64,000 nt of DNA from a virus (Duplodnaviria > Caudoviricetes), in IMG/VR virus record IMGVR_UViG_3300028832_000140, positions 3,153 to 67,152 of that record; one strand, written 5' to 3'. The translations under genes were made by a program, and so were the position numbers. A model generated the notes under the pieces. That model searched no databases. It had not been told where the DNA came from and saw only the letters and a list, made by a program, of their open reading frames with translations. Positions 1-8,726 of this stretch are shown here, piece by piece (position 1 is the stretch's first letter; each line of letters starts with the position of its first letter).

Positions 1-56
1 GGGACTCGAACCCGTCCTCGCAGGAGAAGAGCCTTACCAGTTTAGGCTACAGCCAT
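1..56 (-). ncRNA. tRNA-like RNA with shortened/absent anticodon arm, truncated at window edge
   Basis: Minus strand ATGGCTG TA GCCT-AAACTGGTA-AGGC TCTTCTCCTGCGAGG ACGGG-TTCGAGT-CCC: D arm and T loop present, only about 15 nt between them. Confidence 0.5.
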
Positions 57-65
57 TGATGAGTG

Positions 66-452
66 TTACACTTCGTGCGTGCCTTCTACGCCGCGGTTTT
101 CTCGACCCATCGTACGCTTGCGGAGCCAAAGCAACGCTTCTTCAATCTTTGTGATGGCGCAGGCGTTTTCGCGGCACTTGAATTCGCTGTTCTGGAATCC
201 TTCGAGGCGACGGACAACCATAACGAGCAAATCTTCGTTCATGACGCCGTTTACGCCGCACTCCTTGATGGGACCTTCTTGGAAGTGGATTTCGGAGAGC
301 ACGAGGTTTTCGCCCTTGTGTTCTTCGGAGGTTTCTTCCTCGGCCTTGATGACCTTGAACGTGTGGGGCGCGTTGTACTTGTAGTCGGCTTCCTCAAGAA
401 CCTTGGTGTACTTGGTAGTGAGGAGGTCGTGTTTCGTTTCTATCATTTCCAT
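66..452 (-). CDS. tad1: Tad1/Acb2-like immune-signal sponge (anti-Thoeris/anti-CBASS)
   Basis: IHFQEG..GV..EDLL..RRLEGFQ..F.CRENACAITKIEEALLW.R.R..R..RGVEGT follows the Tad1 family pattern as I recall it. Confidence 0.8.
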   Translation of the reverse strand: MEMIETKHDLLTTKYTKVLEEADYKYNAPHTFKVIKAEEETSEEHKGENLVLSEIHFQEGPIKECGVNGVMNEDLLVMVVRRLEGFQNSEFKCRENACAITKIEEALLWLRKRTMGRENRGVEGTHEV

Positions 453-465
453 GATTTGTTTTCCT

Positions 466-717
466 TTATTTCTTTGTTAAGATTATGGACCATCCGGCCT
501 TGTTGAACTCGTACTTGTGACCGTCAAGAGTCGTGATTCTGAAATTGTTGTCGCAGTTACAATAGTTTTCAGCCGCATACTCCACGCACGATTCTCCAGT
601 AACGTCTACAATAGAGCACACCTTGACGGGGTAGTATCTAATTCCTGCTTTGCATTCAGGTCCGTTGCTGCAACCTGCAAAAATCACGGTTGCAATCGTA
701 AAAAGTATCATTTTCAT
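466..717 (-). CDS. Small lipoprotein
   Basis: MK + hydrophobic stretch + lipobox FAGC; Cys-rich. Confidence 0.65.
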   Translation of the reverse strand: MKMILFTIATVIFAGCSNGPECKAGIRYYPVKVCSIVDVTGESCVEYAAENYCNCDNNFRITTLDGHKYEFNKAGWSIILTKK

Positions 718-721
718 TGTA

Positions 722-1264
722 TCATTCCCCGAACGGGTCTAGCCGTTCCTTCGGTAGCCACTTGCCCGTGCGGGAGCGGTGGATGTAGTTCTCCGCCTTC
801 ATCAGGTCCAGTTCTATCGGCTGGTCCGCCTTCGCACCAAGTCGAGACGATAGGTACTTCGTGGCGGCGACGATGTTGTGGGCGCGCCTCGGTTCCACGC
901 CGTTCTTTATGAGTGCAGTCGCTAGGCATTCCAGGTACACGATGGTTTCCACTTCGCCGTCATAGTATTCGCCGGTCGCTGTGCGGCTATTCTTCGTCTT
1001 AATCATTCTCGCTTCTTTAGCTTCTTGAGTTTGGGGAAGGATGGCGCAATGAAACCAGCTTGAATATTGTCTTCCGTCACCGGAATCTGTAAGCACAGGA
1101 CAACCCATATACGGTAAATACGCAATAACATTCAATTCAGCATTAAAACATTCTCCAAATATGTCGGCATCCCAGCATACAGCCTTTGTTCCTTGTGGGA
1201 ATGCTACTGGTGTGTCTGACGTAAACTCTTCAAGTTCCATTCCCTTGTAGCTAATCTTCGCCAT
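722..1264 (-). CDS. Hypothetical phage protein (N-terminus paralogous to 42929-43408)
   Basis: Likely start MAKISYKGMELEE at 1264, overlapping the end of the ParB gene. Confidence 0.6.
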   Translation of the reverse strand: MAKISYKGMELEEFTSDTPVAFPQGTKAVCWDADIFGECFNAELNVIAYLPYMGCPVLTDSGDGRQYSSWFHCAILPQTQEAKEARMIKTKNSRTATGEYYDGEVETIVYLECLATALIKNGVEPRRAHNIVAATKYLSSRLGAKADQPIELDLMKAENYIHRSRTGKWLPKERLDPFGE

Positions 1265-2669
1265 CGTCGGTTTCCTTCTCGTTTGCCTTTTCGGATTCCC
1301 AGAGTTCCTTCGCCTTCTGCATGGCCTCGTCCTTCGGGAGGCACCCGAAGTAGCCGCGTTCGTCGCCGTTGCGTACGCCGCTGTAACCGAGTACGGATTC
1401 AACGATTTCGTCTTCGAGGATGTCGCGCTGACGCTTTTCGCCTACCTCGTCGCCTACGTGCAGCAGGAACGATTCGTCCTTGTCGGTATGGTTGCCGTCC
1501 GCGTCGCATTCCGTGTATTCGTAGCGGCAGTTCGTGAGGGTGGCGAGCACGAATGCCACCTGGATGTCGTCGAGTGTAGCGACGACATCGTGTACCTTGG
1601 CACGTACGTGCGGTTCGTCCACCGCGCACACCTTGTGCTCGATGGCGTTCCTGTCGCTCCAGGAAAGTCCGTCTTCGTCTTCTCCGTCGTTTCCGCCGTC
1701 TTCGCCTTCCTCTTCGGGTTCGCGGTAGGCGAGTCCGGACTTCCCGTCGTACACCCAGAACATCGGCTTCACGCCATTTTTCTTCAGTTCCTCGATGTGT
1801 TCCTTGTCGTCTTCGTCGTCGGTGTCGGCGGTCCATTCGCCCCATCCGTTGCATGCGTACTGGTCTTCGCCTTCGGGGACGCGTTCGTAGCCGTTGGCCT
1901 TCCAGCTTTCGGCGAGCTGTTCCTCGAACTTCTTCACGTTCGCCTCGAAGCATTCCTCGTCGAGACAGTACACGTCCTTGATGTCGCCGAACAAATCCTG
2001 CTGGCAGTCGGATTTCTTGGTGCATCCCTCGCAGACCTTCTTGCAGTCGAAGCAGGCCTTGTCGAGGGCCTTGCGGCTTTTAAGGATTGCGTTACGCAAC
2101 TGTTCCGGCGTATTCCACTTAGCCATGTCGAGGAAGCGGTCGATGTCGCCTTCCGGGCAGACGGTGAGCGCTTCGGCGTGTCCGAGGTTGATGATTCCCT
2201 TTTCCAGGTATTCGATGGCCTTGCCGCCGAGCTTCGCGATTCGGTAGCGTGCCTCCGCCCACCTTGCGGACTTGCCGAACATGGCGCCCACTTCCATTCG
2301 TCCCTTGCCCCTGCGGAACAGGGACGCCACGGCCTTCGCCTCGTCGACGGGAGTCATCTGCGAACGTACGATGTTCTCGGCGACAGAGACTTCCTTGTAT
2401 TCCTTCTCGGTCCCGAATTCCACCTCGATTGCGCTCACGGAACGCTTGAGTTCCTTCAGCGCCGCGAGTCTGCGGTTTCCGGCCACCACCACGAAGCGCC
2501 CTTCGTCGGTACGTCGCACCGTGATAGGCTGGATTAGCCCGTGGGTCTTTATGCTCGCCACCAGGTCGCTTACGTCGCCGATTTCGGAACGGGGGTTCTT
2601 CGGGTCGAAATCCACCTCGTCGGGGCGGAGTTCCATCACCGCCATGTAGGACGCGATTCCTCTTGCCAT
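1251..2669 (-). CDS. ParB/RepB/Spo0J-family protein
   Basis: NPR..DLVASIKTHGLIQPITV..VVAGNRRLAALKEL..ENIVRSQMTPVDEA, HTH, Cys cluster. Confidence 0.9.
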   Translation of the reverse strand: MARGIASYMAVMELRPDEVDFDPKNPRSEIGDVSDLVASIKTHGLIQPITVRRTDEGRFVVVAGNRRLAALKELKRSVSAIEVEFGTEKEYKEVSVAENIVRSQMTPVDEAKAVASLFRRGKGRMEVGAMFGKSARWAEARYRIAKLGGKAIEYLEKGIINLGHAEALTVCPEGDIDRFLDMAKWNTPEQLRNAILKSRKALDKACFDCKKVCEGCTKKSDCQQDLFGDIKDVYCLDEECFEANVKKFEEQLAESWKANGYERVPEGEDQYACNGWGEWTADTDDEDDKEHIEELKKNGVKPMFWVYDGKSGLAYREPEEEGEDGGNDGEDEDGLSWSDRNAIEHKVCAVDEPHVRAKVHDVVATLDDIQVAFVLATLTNCRYEYTECDADGNHTDKDESFLLHVGDEVGEKRQRDILEDEIVESVLGYSGVRNGDERGYFGCLPKDEAMQKAKELWESEKANEKETDDGED

Positions 2670-2699
2670 TTTGTTTTTCCTTTGATTCGATTGTTGTAG

Positions 2700-2773
2700 T
2701 AGACCGGGTGGAAGTCGAATCCACTATCGGAGCGTTATGAGGGCCCTGCTTATACCAGTTAAGCTTCCGGTCT
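2700..2773 (-). tRNA. tRNA with CAT anticodon (Met or Ile2), slightly atypical
   Basis: AGACCGG AA GCTT-AACTGGTAT-AAGC A GGGCC-CTCATAA-CGCTC CGATA GTGGA-TTCGACT-TCCAC CCGGTCT A; no encoded CCA. Confidence 0.8.
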
Positions 2774-2883
2774 GTGTTTTAAACTTCTATCATCCTAGAT
2801 TCAAACTCTACATAAATTCAGCGTTCCTTCCGTTGTATTATCGCGTGTGGTGTGCGGAGCTTTCAAGTAAAGTAATTTTTCTA

Positions 2884-2912
2884 TTGACAAAAAATGACAC
2901 TTTTTATATATT
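2884..2912 (+). promoter_or_regulatory. Sigma70-type promoter for the sigma-like gene
   Basis: TTGACA-17 nt-TATATT, 18 nt before ATG 2931. Confidence 0.75.
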
Positions 2913-2930
2913 GAGTTTCAAGGGATAATA

Positions 2931-3596
2931 ATGGAACCGACAGACGAACTTTACAGGCAATGCGAGGGCTTGCTTGCGTCACGCGTCGAGGACGTGCTTT
3001 CACGGAAACCTTACCTCGACAGGGACGAGCTCAAGTCAATCGCCAACTCTATCTTCTGCGACGCTTGCAGGAGTTTCGACGGCTCGAAGGGAGCCAAGTT
3101 CACCACATACCTCTACAAGAAGCTATCGAACCTCGAAGAGGAATCGAGGCGCGTGCTCGTACCGGACGGAAGCGGAGGATACACGGTCGCGCTGAATGTA
3201 GACGACTTTGGCGAAGACAATGAAGGCAACATGTTTAAGGTCCGGGTAGACAAAAGCGTAATCCTTCCCGCGTCCATAGCCTACGCCGAGCGCATGGCCG
3301 ACGACGGTCATTCGGAGCTGTTCAGCCATTGCGACAAGGTGCTGTCTGCCGATTCCGCGAAGGTAGTGGGCGACATCGTGGACGGCGAACTCGACCCGAA
3401 ATACAGGAAGGGAACGGCGGTACACGACAGGCGGTACTCCGGAAACTGCGTCATGAACGCTAGGCGCCTCTGGCTACGCAGGTACAGGAACATGGGCTGG
3501 ACCGTTGAACAGTGCGAGCGGACGCTAAAGGAAGTCCGGAGCATAGTCAATCAATACAGCCGTGGGCGACTGCCGTGCAGGCTGGTCCGCGTATAA
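2931..3596 (+). CDS. Phage sigma-factor-like transcription regulator (candidate late activator)
   Basis: ELKSIANSIFCDACRSFDGSKGAKFTTYLY resembles sigma70 region 2; first gene of the late block. Confidence 0.65.
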   Translation: MEPTDELYRQCEGLLASRVEDVLSRKPYLDRDELKSIANSIFCDACRSFDGSKGAKFTTYLYKKLSNLEEESRRVLVPDGSGGYTVALNVDDFGEDNEGNMFKVRVDKSVILPASIAYAERMADDGHSELFSHCDKVLSADSAKVVGDIVDGELDPKYRKGTAVHDRRYSGNCVMNARRLWLRRYRNMGWTVEQCERTLKEVRSIVNQYSRGRLPCRLVRV

Positions 3597-3615
3597 AAAA
3601 AAGGAAAAGGATTTT

Positions 3616-3861
3616 ATGGCAACGAAGAAGAAAACCGACAATGCCGAGAAGAAGGTGCCGAAGTCGAAGGTCGTGCGCTTCGAGGTCATCGCCTTCGACA
3701 ACGGAATGGAATTCCAGCTCCCAGTGCCGGTGGAGATGAAGGTCGGCGACCTTAACTCCAACGTCACCTTGCAGGTGGCGCAGGTGCTCGTGAAGGAAAT
3801 CAACCTTCTCGGCCACAAGTGCCTGTGGCGCCGTACCCCGAAGGAACGCCGCGGACGGTAG
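3616..3861 (+). CDS. Hypothetical protein
   Basis: ATG 3616 after AAGGAAAAGG, in-frame ORF. Confidence 0.6.
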   Translation: MATKKKTDNAEKKVPKSKVVRFEVIAFDNGMEFQLPVPVEMKVGDLNSNVTLQVAQVLVKEINLLGHKCLWRRTPKERRGR

Positions 3862-3913
3862 CGGCATAAGAATTTTTTTTTTTGACTCCGTAGTTGATTG
3901 CTCCATAGTAGTC

Positions 3914-3945
3914 GGCGGGCGTGCCATTTCTCCGGCGCGTCCGCC
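3914..3945 (+). terminator. GC hairpin, probable intrinsic terminator
   Basis: ggcgggcgtgcc / ggcgcgtccgcc stem followed by T-rich run. Confidence 0.5.
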
Positions 3946-3991
3946 GTTTCCGTTTTATTCATTGTGCGAAAACACATAGAGGACTTGTACC

Positions 3992-4732
3992 ATGGCAGAA
4001 TGGAATTCAGCACCGGCAAGCAGCACGGCCACGATCTTTAATGAAGGTGCGCCGTTGGCTAACGAAGCGCTCGTCGAAGAATGGCTCGACAACCAGCGCA
4101 GGCTGGAAGATTACGCACGCGTGGCCGAAGAAGAACGCGAATCCGACGCGATGCGTCACAAGGCGGCTCTCGGCAACATGCGCAATGGCTACCGTTCCAT
4201 GCTCCGCGAGAAGCTGAAGGACGGCGAACTGATGACCGACCGCGAGCTGTGGGCCCTCTCCGACGGCAACGAGGACGATTTCGAACGCCTGCGCATCGAG
4301 CGCGACCTAGACCTCGAAAAGGAACTGAAGGAACGCGAGCTCCGCCCGCACTCTCTCGAAGTCAAGGAACAGCCCTCGAAGCTGGAGGCATTCCTGCTGG
4401 GCTACGACCCGGAAGACGACGGCGAGGGCGAGGGGGTCAGCGTCGTGGACGCCGGTTACTTCGTCCCGGTCCTCGGCTCCGCCATGTACGGCAACAGCAT
4501 TCTCGACCAGGTGAAGCGCGGCGGCATGCCGGGCGCACTGGACGCCGCCATCGCGGTCCCGTTCTTCGGCCCGAGAATCAAGAGGGCTGGCAAGGCGTTC
4601 GTGAAGGGCTTCAAGGCCGGACGCGCACGCAGGTTCGCCGAAGGCCTGAAGGACAAGGACTACAAGACCCCGCTTGACTACGCCCGCACGCAGCTCTTCG
4701 ACAGGGAAGGAAATCTGGTGGGCGAGTGGTAG
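3992..4732 (+). CDS. Hypothetical virion-associated protein
   Basis: 246-aa ORF with RBS-like GAGGA; hydrophobic/basic C-terminal segment. Confidence 0.6.
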   Translation: MAEWNSAPASSTATIFNEGAPLANEALVEEWLDNQRRLEDYARVAEEERESDAMRHKAALGNMRNGYRSMLREKLKDGELMTDRELWALSDGNEDDFERLRIERDLDLEKELKERELRPHSLEVKEQPSKLEAFLLGYDPEDDGEGEGVSVVDAGYFVPVLGSAMYGNSILDQVKRGGMPGALDAAIAVPFFGPRIKRAGKAFVKGFKAGRARRFAEGLKDKDYKTPLDYARTQLFDREGNLVGEW

Positions 4733-4882
4733 CCGCCTAACTTACACACGCTTCCTTTATTCATAGTGCGACGGTACTCCGTACCGCCGTTTTCCCCGTT
4801 GTATGCGCTTGAACACGAGTGTTCCGGGGAGAACCCACGCCGCAGACGGGGCCGCGACAAAATTCCCGTCGGGAGATATAGA

Positions 4883-5401
4883 ATGAATGCACTAGAATAT
4901 GTCAGGAAGATTACGCAGAACGGCTCGCGATGCCGTTTCCCGTCCGAAAAGTCCAAGGAAGTGAAGGTAATCGAGGGTTCGTCGCCGTTCCAGAAGTTCG
5001 AGACGAAACTTTACCGCACCGAGCCGGACGAGGACGCCGAAATCAAGCTGGAGAACACCCTGCTGGAGCGCGTGACCGTCACGGCGCTCAATTCCACGAC
5101 ACCGCAGGCCTTCTACGACCACGTGTGCCTCATCCTGCCGAAGAAGGTGGGCAAGGTGACTATCGAGCGCGGCGAATACGACGAGGAGAAGTGGAAGCCG
5201 CTCCTACAGGAGCTCACCCTCGAGATAAGCAACGAGCTCGCGGCACTCGCGTTCAAGGAACGCAACTTCAACGGATCGCAGACCATCATCAAGATGCTAC
5301 AGGCGCGCATCAAGTCGTGGCAGAAGGCTGTCGTGGCAGAAGTCGGAGCCGAGAAGGACGAGGACGACGGACACATCCAGCTCAACATCAACATAGTGTA
5401 G
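4883..5401 (+). CDS. Putative terminase small subunit
   Basis: Directly upstream of TerL; ATG 4883 after GGGAG; helical protein ending IQLNINIV. Confidence 0.55.
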   Translation: MNALEYVRKITQNGSRCRFPSEKSKEVKVIEGSSPFQKFETKLYRTEPDEDAEIKLENTLLERVTVTALNSTTPQAFYDHVCLILPKKVGKVTIERGEYDEEKWKPLLQELTLEISNELAALAFKERNFNGSQTIIKMLQARIKSWQKAVVAEVGAEKDEDDGHIQLNINIV

Positions 5402-5424
5402 CGCATGGCGGAGGCTGAATCCGC

Positions 5425-6699
5425 ATGCGGACAATCAATGTAGACATCAAGCCCGAACCATACCAGCGGTCCTTCTTCACGCAGAGGGAGGAACTTTCCG
5501 GCATATACGCAGGTCGAGGCATAGGCAAGTCGTGGATCATGCACCACAAGTCGAGCATCGCAGTCGCAAGCGGCGAGACAGTGCTATACCTCACGCCTAC
5601 CAACTCCCTTCTTCGAAAGCAGATGATGCCGAGAATGATTTCCATATTGCGTGGGTGGGGTCTTGACGCCATTTGGAACAAGTCGGACGAGACAATCACG
5701 ATTGCCGGTTCGGCAGGAATAATTTATGGAGCGTCATACCGCAACTATGACGAAGTTTGCCGTGGCGTAGACGGAGTGTCCACAGTATGCTACGACGAGC
5801 TTGCCAAGGCCGATGACTTGCAGATGCTCTTTGCGGCCGTCGCACCGACGATGCGAAACGCGAAGTTCCCTCCGCAGACCATTTACGCGACAACGCCGCG
5901 CAAGGGTAGCGAATGCGACCGTATGGTATTAAAGGGGGAACTTGGGCGCGTCGTGACGGGCGCCACCATCGACGACAATACCCACGTGACCGAGGCCGAG
6001 CGCGAGAACATGAAGCGGTTCCTGAAGGGCGACCTGTACCGCCAGGAAATCCAGGGGCAGATTCTCTCGGGCGACATCGAGAGCGCCGTATTCACATCGG
6101 ACTGCTTCGGGCGAATGTGGCAGCCGCCTAGGGGCCACGCCTCGATGGGCGTAGACTGCGCCGGTCACGGGCGAGACTACAACGTGTTCTACGTGATCGA
6201 CGACGTGCATATCCTCGAAAAGGTCAAGGTGCAGAAGGCCGACTCCTTCGAGATGAACAACATTGCCCGCGGACTCATACAGAAGTACAAGGTACGCCAG
6301 GTGACGGTGGACGGCACCGGCGGCTACGGGCAGGCCATATACGACTTCCTGAAGCTGGACCCGTCTCTACAGGTCTACTTCACGAACTTCGGGCAGGCCG
6401 CGGAAGACCACGAGCACTTCGCCAACGCCCGCGCCGAGATGTTCTTCCGTCTCGCCGAGGCGATGAAGCTGGAATTCCGTCTCGACGACGCGGAGACCGA
6501 GGAGGAGCTTCGCATCATCAGTTCGGACGTAAACGTTTCGGGAAAGTGCCTGCTGGTGAGCAAGGATGTCATCAAGAAGGTGCTCCAGCGCTCCCCGGAC
6601 AGCTCGGACGCCCTCGCGCTCGCGTACTACAACAGGCGCAAGATGTCCACGCTCGACGTGGCCGTGAACAGCATGTACAAGAAGATGCGCATGTTCTAG
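5425..6699 (+). CDS. terL: Terminase large subunit
   Basis: Walker A GRGIGKS, Walker B VCYDE, nuclease MGVDCAGHGRDY and SPDSSDALAL. Confidence 0.92.
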   Translation: MRTINVDIKPEPYQRSFFTQREELSGIYAGRGIGKSWIMHHKSSIAVASGETVLYLTPTNSLLRKQMMPRMISILRGWGLDAIWNKSDETITIAGSAGIIYGASYRNYDEVCRGVDGVSTVCYDELAKADDLQMLFAAVAPTMRNAKFPPQTIYATTPRKGSECDRMVLKGELGRVVTGATIDDNTHVTEAERENMKRFLKGDLYRQEIQGQILSGDIESAVFTSDCFGRMWQPPRGHASMGVDCAGHGRDYNVFYVIDDVHILEKVKVQKADSFEMNNIARGLIQKYKVRQVTVDGTGGYGQAIYDFLKLDPSLQVYFTNFGQAAEDHEHFANARAEMFFRLAEAMKLEFRLDDAETEEELRIISSDVNVSGKCLLVSKDVIKKVLQRSPDSSDALALAYYNRRKMSTLDVAVNSMYKKMRMF

Positions 6700-6736
6700 G
6701 GCGGTTTATTCATCGGTAAAAAGAGAGGTTTTCTAT

Positions 6737-6988
6737 ATGGCTACGAATACGAACGACCGCGGCGTGAGCGCGAGGCTACAGCAGGTTTCGCCGCTGACGA
6801 AGGAACTGTCGGACGTTGTGAACGCCGTGCAGGGGCTGTGGGGCCGTTCCACGGGTGGCGGGAGCGACACGACCTGGTGCATACTCGGGCGCGTCGTTTT
6901 CGTGCAGGGCAATACCGAAGAATGCCCCGTGAAGGTGATTGCGTGGAATAGCTGCGACGGCGGCGGTAGCTGGGGCATAGTCAAGTAA
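6737..6988 (+). CDS. Hypothetical protein
   Basis: ORF with GAGG RBS after a TTTATTCAT motif. Confidence 0.65.
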   Translation: MATNTNDRGVSARLQQVSPLTKELSDVVNAVQGLWGRSTGGGSDTTWCILGRVVFVQGNTEECPVKVIAWNSCDGGGSWGIVK

Positions 6989-7011
6989 ACTTTTGAAGGG
7001 AGCAAAGTAGC

Positions 7012-8496
7012 ATGGAATACAATCTGCTAGACCGCATCATGGACGAGGACTACTACGGACCCGGCAGTGCCGAGTTCCTGCTGCGAGGCATGAGCCCCGA
7101 AGGGCAGAAACGGTTCATCAAGGACTTGTCGAAAAGCCTTTCTAGAAAACTTGTTCCAGGTGCAGGGAAGGAAACCCGAGCCGAGCGCAAGAAGTTTGCG
7201 CAAGAGCTGGAATCTTCCATCAACCGCATGCCGGAGGATTTGCAGGACTCGTGGCTTATTTCTGCTGGAAGACCGGGTACAATTTCGCTTGACAACGGAT
7301 TCAATGCGATGTTCGAGGCGAGTTCTTACAATCCGACATCAAATAAGATTGTAATAAAGGACAACGTCAACGACAACCGCCTTAAATCGGCCTTGCACGA
7401 AGTTGCCCATCACTCCGATTTCAATATGGCGAAGAAGCGCCCCTACGACGGAAAGAAAGTCCGTATGAGCGCAGCTGCGTTCGCAAATCTCGGCGACGAC
7501 ATCAGAAATGATGTGATTACGGGTAAGACCGACAACTATTATGACCTGATAACAGGCCGTGAAAAACTCGAAGACGACGATGCCGAAATGTTCGACCCGA
7601 GACAGCAGCTTCTTGACAATATATACGAGTTTACATACGACACGAAGGCTAACAAGGACTATCGTTCTGGCTTGAAAGAACAAGTGGACCGTTCCCTGAT
7701 GGACTGGCATTCGCTTAACGAAAAACTCCCGTTTGACATAGCCCACGGCAACGAATACCGGGAAAGACGGCAGCTCGAAGGGTTGAGACAGTACATGGGA
7801 GACCCTAGAGTATATCCGTTTGAAGTGGCCGGTGATGCAAGACGCGGAATCAAAGACGCCGAAAAGGCTATAGAGTTTTCAAAGCAGTACCCGATTGCCG
7901 TGGAAGGCCCGTCCAACATCTACGAGATTCTCGGAACAGAGGGCGGTGCTGAATGGATGCGCGATAACATGAAGGATTCCTATGCGAAAATGGAACGCCT
8001 TGCAAAAGAAGACATCCGAAAGTTACGTTACGTTCCTCGATCCGAAAAGTACGCCGACGAACTTGGCTTGGAACTCATAGCGAAGAACCGCGAAAGGGCG
8101 GCAAAGAGAAAACAGACCCTTCTTGACAGATACCGAGCCGATTTCATGACATTGCCCGAAGAAAAGCGAAACTACTACGAAAACGCGAAGCCCGGTGACG
8201 TGCTCTGGCTCAAGAGCCCGGAGTTTGAAGAAGGCCTGAACCAATACTATGTAATCAAGGGCGACCCGCATTACGAAGCAAGGGGTTCCAAGCTCTACAA
8301 GGTTCACGATGATTCTCCGCTGACAGTCGACAAGAACAAGAGGGGACGTTTCAAGAAAGTCTTAAAACCTATCGACCTGAACGAGCTCGCTCCCGATTTC
8401 GTTCCGACTGACAAGTTCGACATCGAGTTCCCGCAACACGATAGCAAGAAGGTACTTGAAGCGCTTGAACGCAGCCGAAAGCGCAGGGCTAAATAG
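7012..8496 (+). CDS. Zincin-like metallopeptidase effector (HExxH), candidate capsid cargo
   Basis: ALHEVAHHSD motif; paralog of 13194-14678; N-terminal NLLDR. Confidence 0.6.
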   Translation: MEYNLLDRIMDEDYYGPGSAEFLLRGMSPEGQKRFIKDLSKSLSRKLVPGAGKETRAERKKFAQELESSINRMPEDLQDSWLISAGRPGTISLDNGFNAMFEASSYNPTSNKIVIKDNVNDNRLKSALHEVAHHSDFNMAKKRPYDGKKVRMSAAAFANLGDDIRNDVITGKTDNYYDLITGREKLEDDDAEMFDPRQQLLDNIYEFTYDTKANKDYRSGLKEQVDRSLMDWHSLNEKLPFDIAHGNEYRERRQLEGLRQYMGDPRVYPFEVAGDARRGIKDAEKAIEFSKQYPIAVEGPSNIYEILGTEGGAEWMRDNMKDSYAKMERLAKEDIRKLRYVPRSEKYADELGLELIAKNRERAAKRKQTLLDRYRADFMTLPEEKRNYYENAKPGDVLWLKSPEFEEGLNQYYVIKGDPHYEARGSKLYKVHDDSPLTVDKNKRGRFKKVLKPIDLNELAPDFVPTDKFDIEFPQHDSKKVLEALERSRKRRAK

Positions 8497-8551
8497 CCTC
8501 CGTGTTTATTCATAGGGCGTACAACCAAGATTTTTAACACAGGAGTATAAA

Positions 8552-8722
8552 ATGACCGAAGAACTCGCACAGCTTTTCGAAGACCTCAAGGGCCGTTACG
8601 GCATCGCCGACGAAGACATGGCCGTGATTACGCAGGCCGTGGACACCACGGTTGCCGAAGCCGTCGCTGAAGCCACGGGCGAAGGCGTCCCGGCTGGCGA
8701 AGGCGAAGATTGGGAGGGCTAG
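8552..8722 (+). CDS. Small acidic protein, 56 aa (not in ORF track)
   Basis: AGGAG RBS, MTEELAQLFEDLKGRYG...GEDWEG*. Confidence 0.7.
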   Translation: MTEELAQLFEDLKGRYGIADEDMAVITQAVDTTVAEAVAEATGEGVPAGEGEDWEG

Positions 8723-8726
8723 TCCC

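Noticed and set aside
1458-2537. Long antisense ORFs (also 11539-12813, 53120-54289, 56949-57875)
   Set aside because: Shadow frames of GC-rich real genes on the opposite strand; Val/Leu/Gly-rich with no motifs
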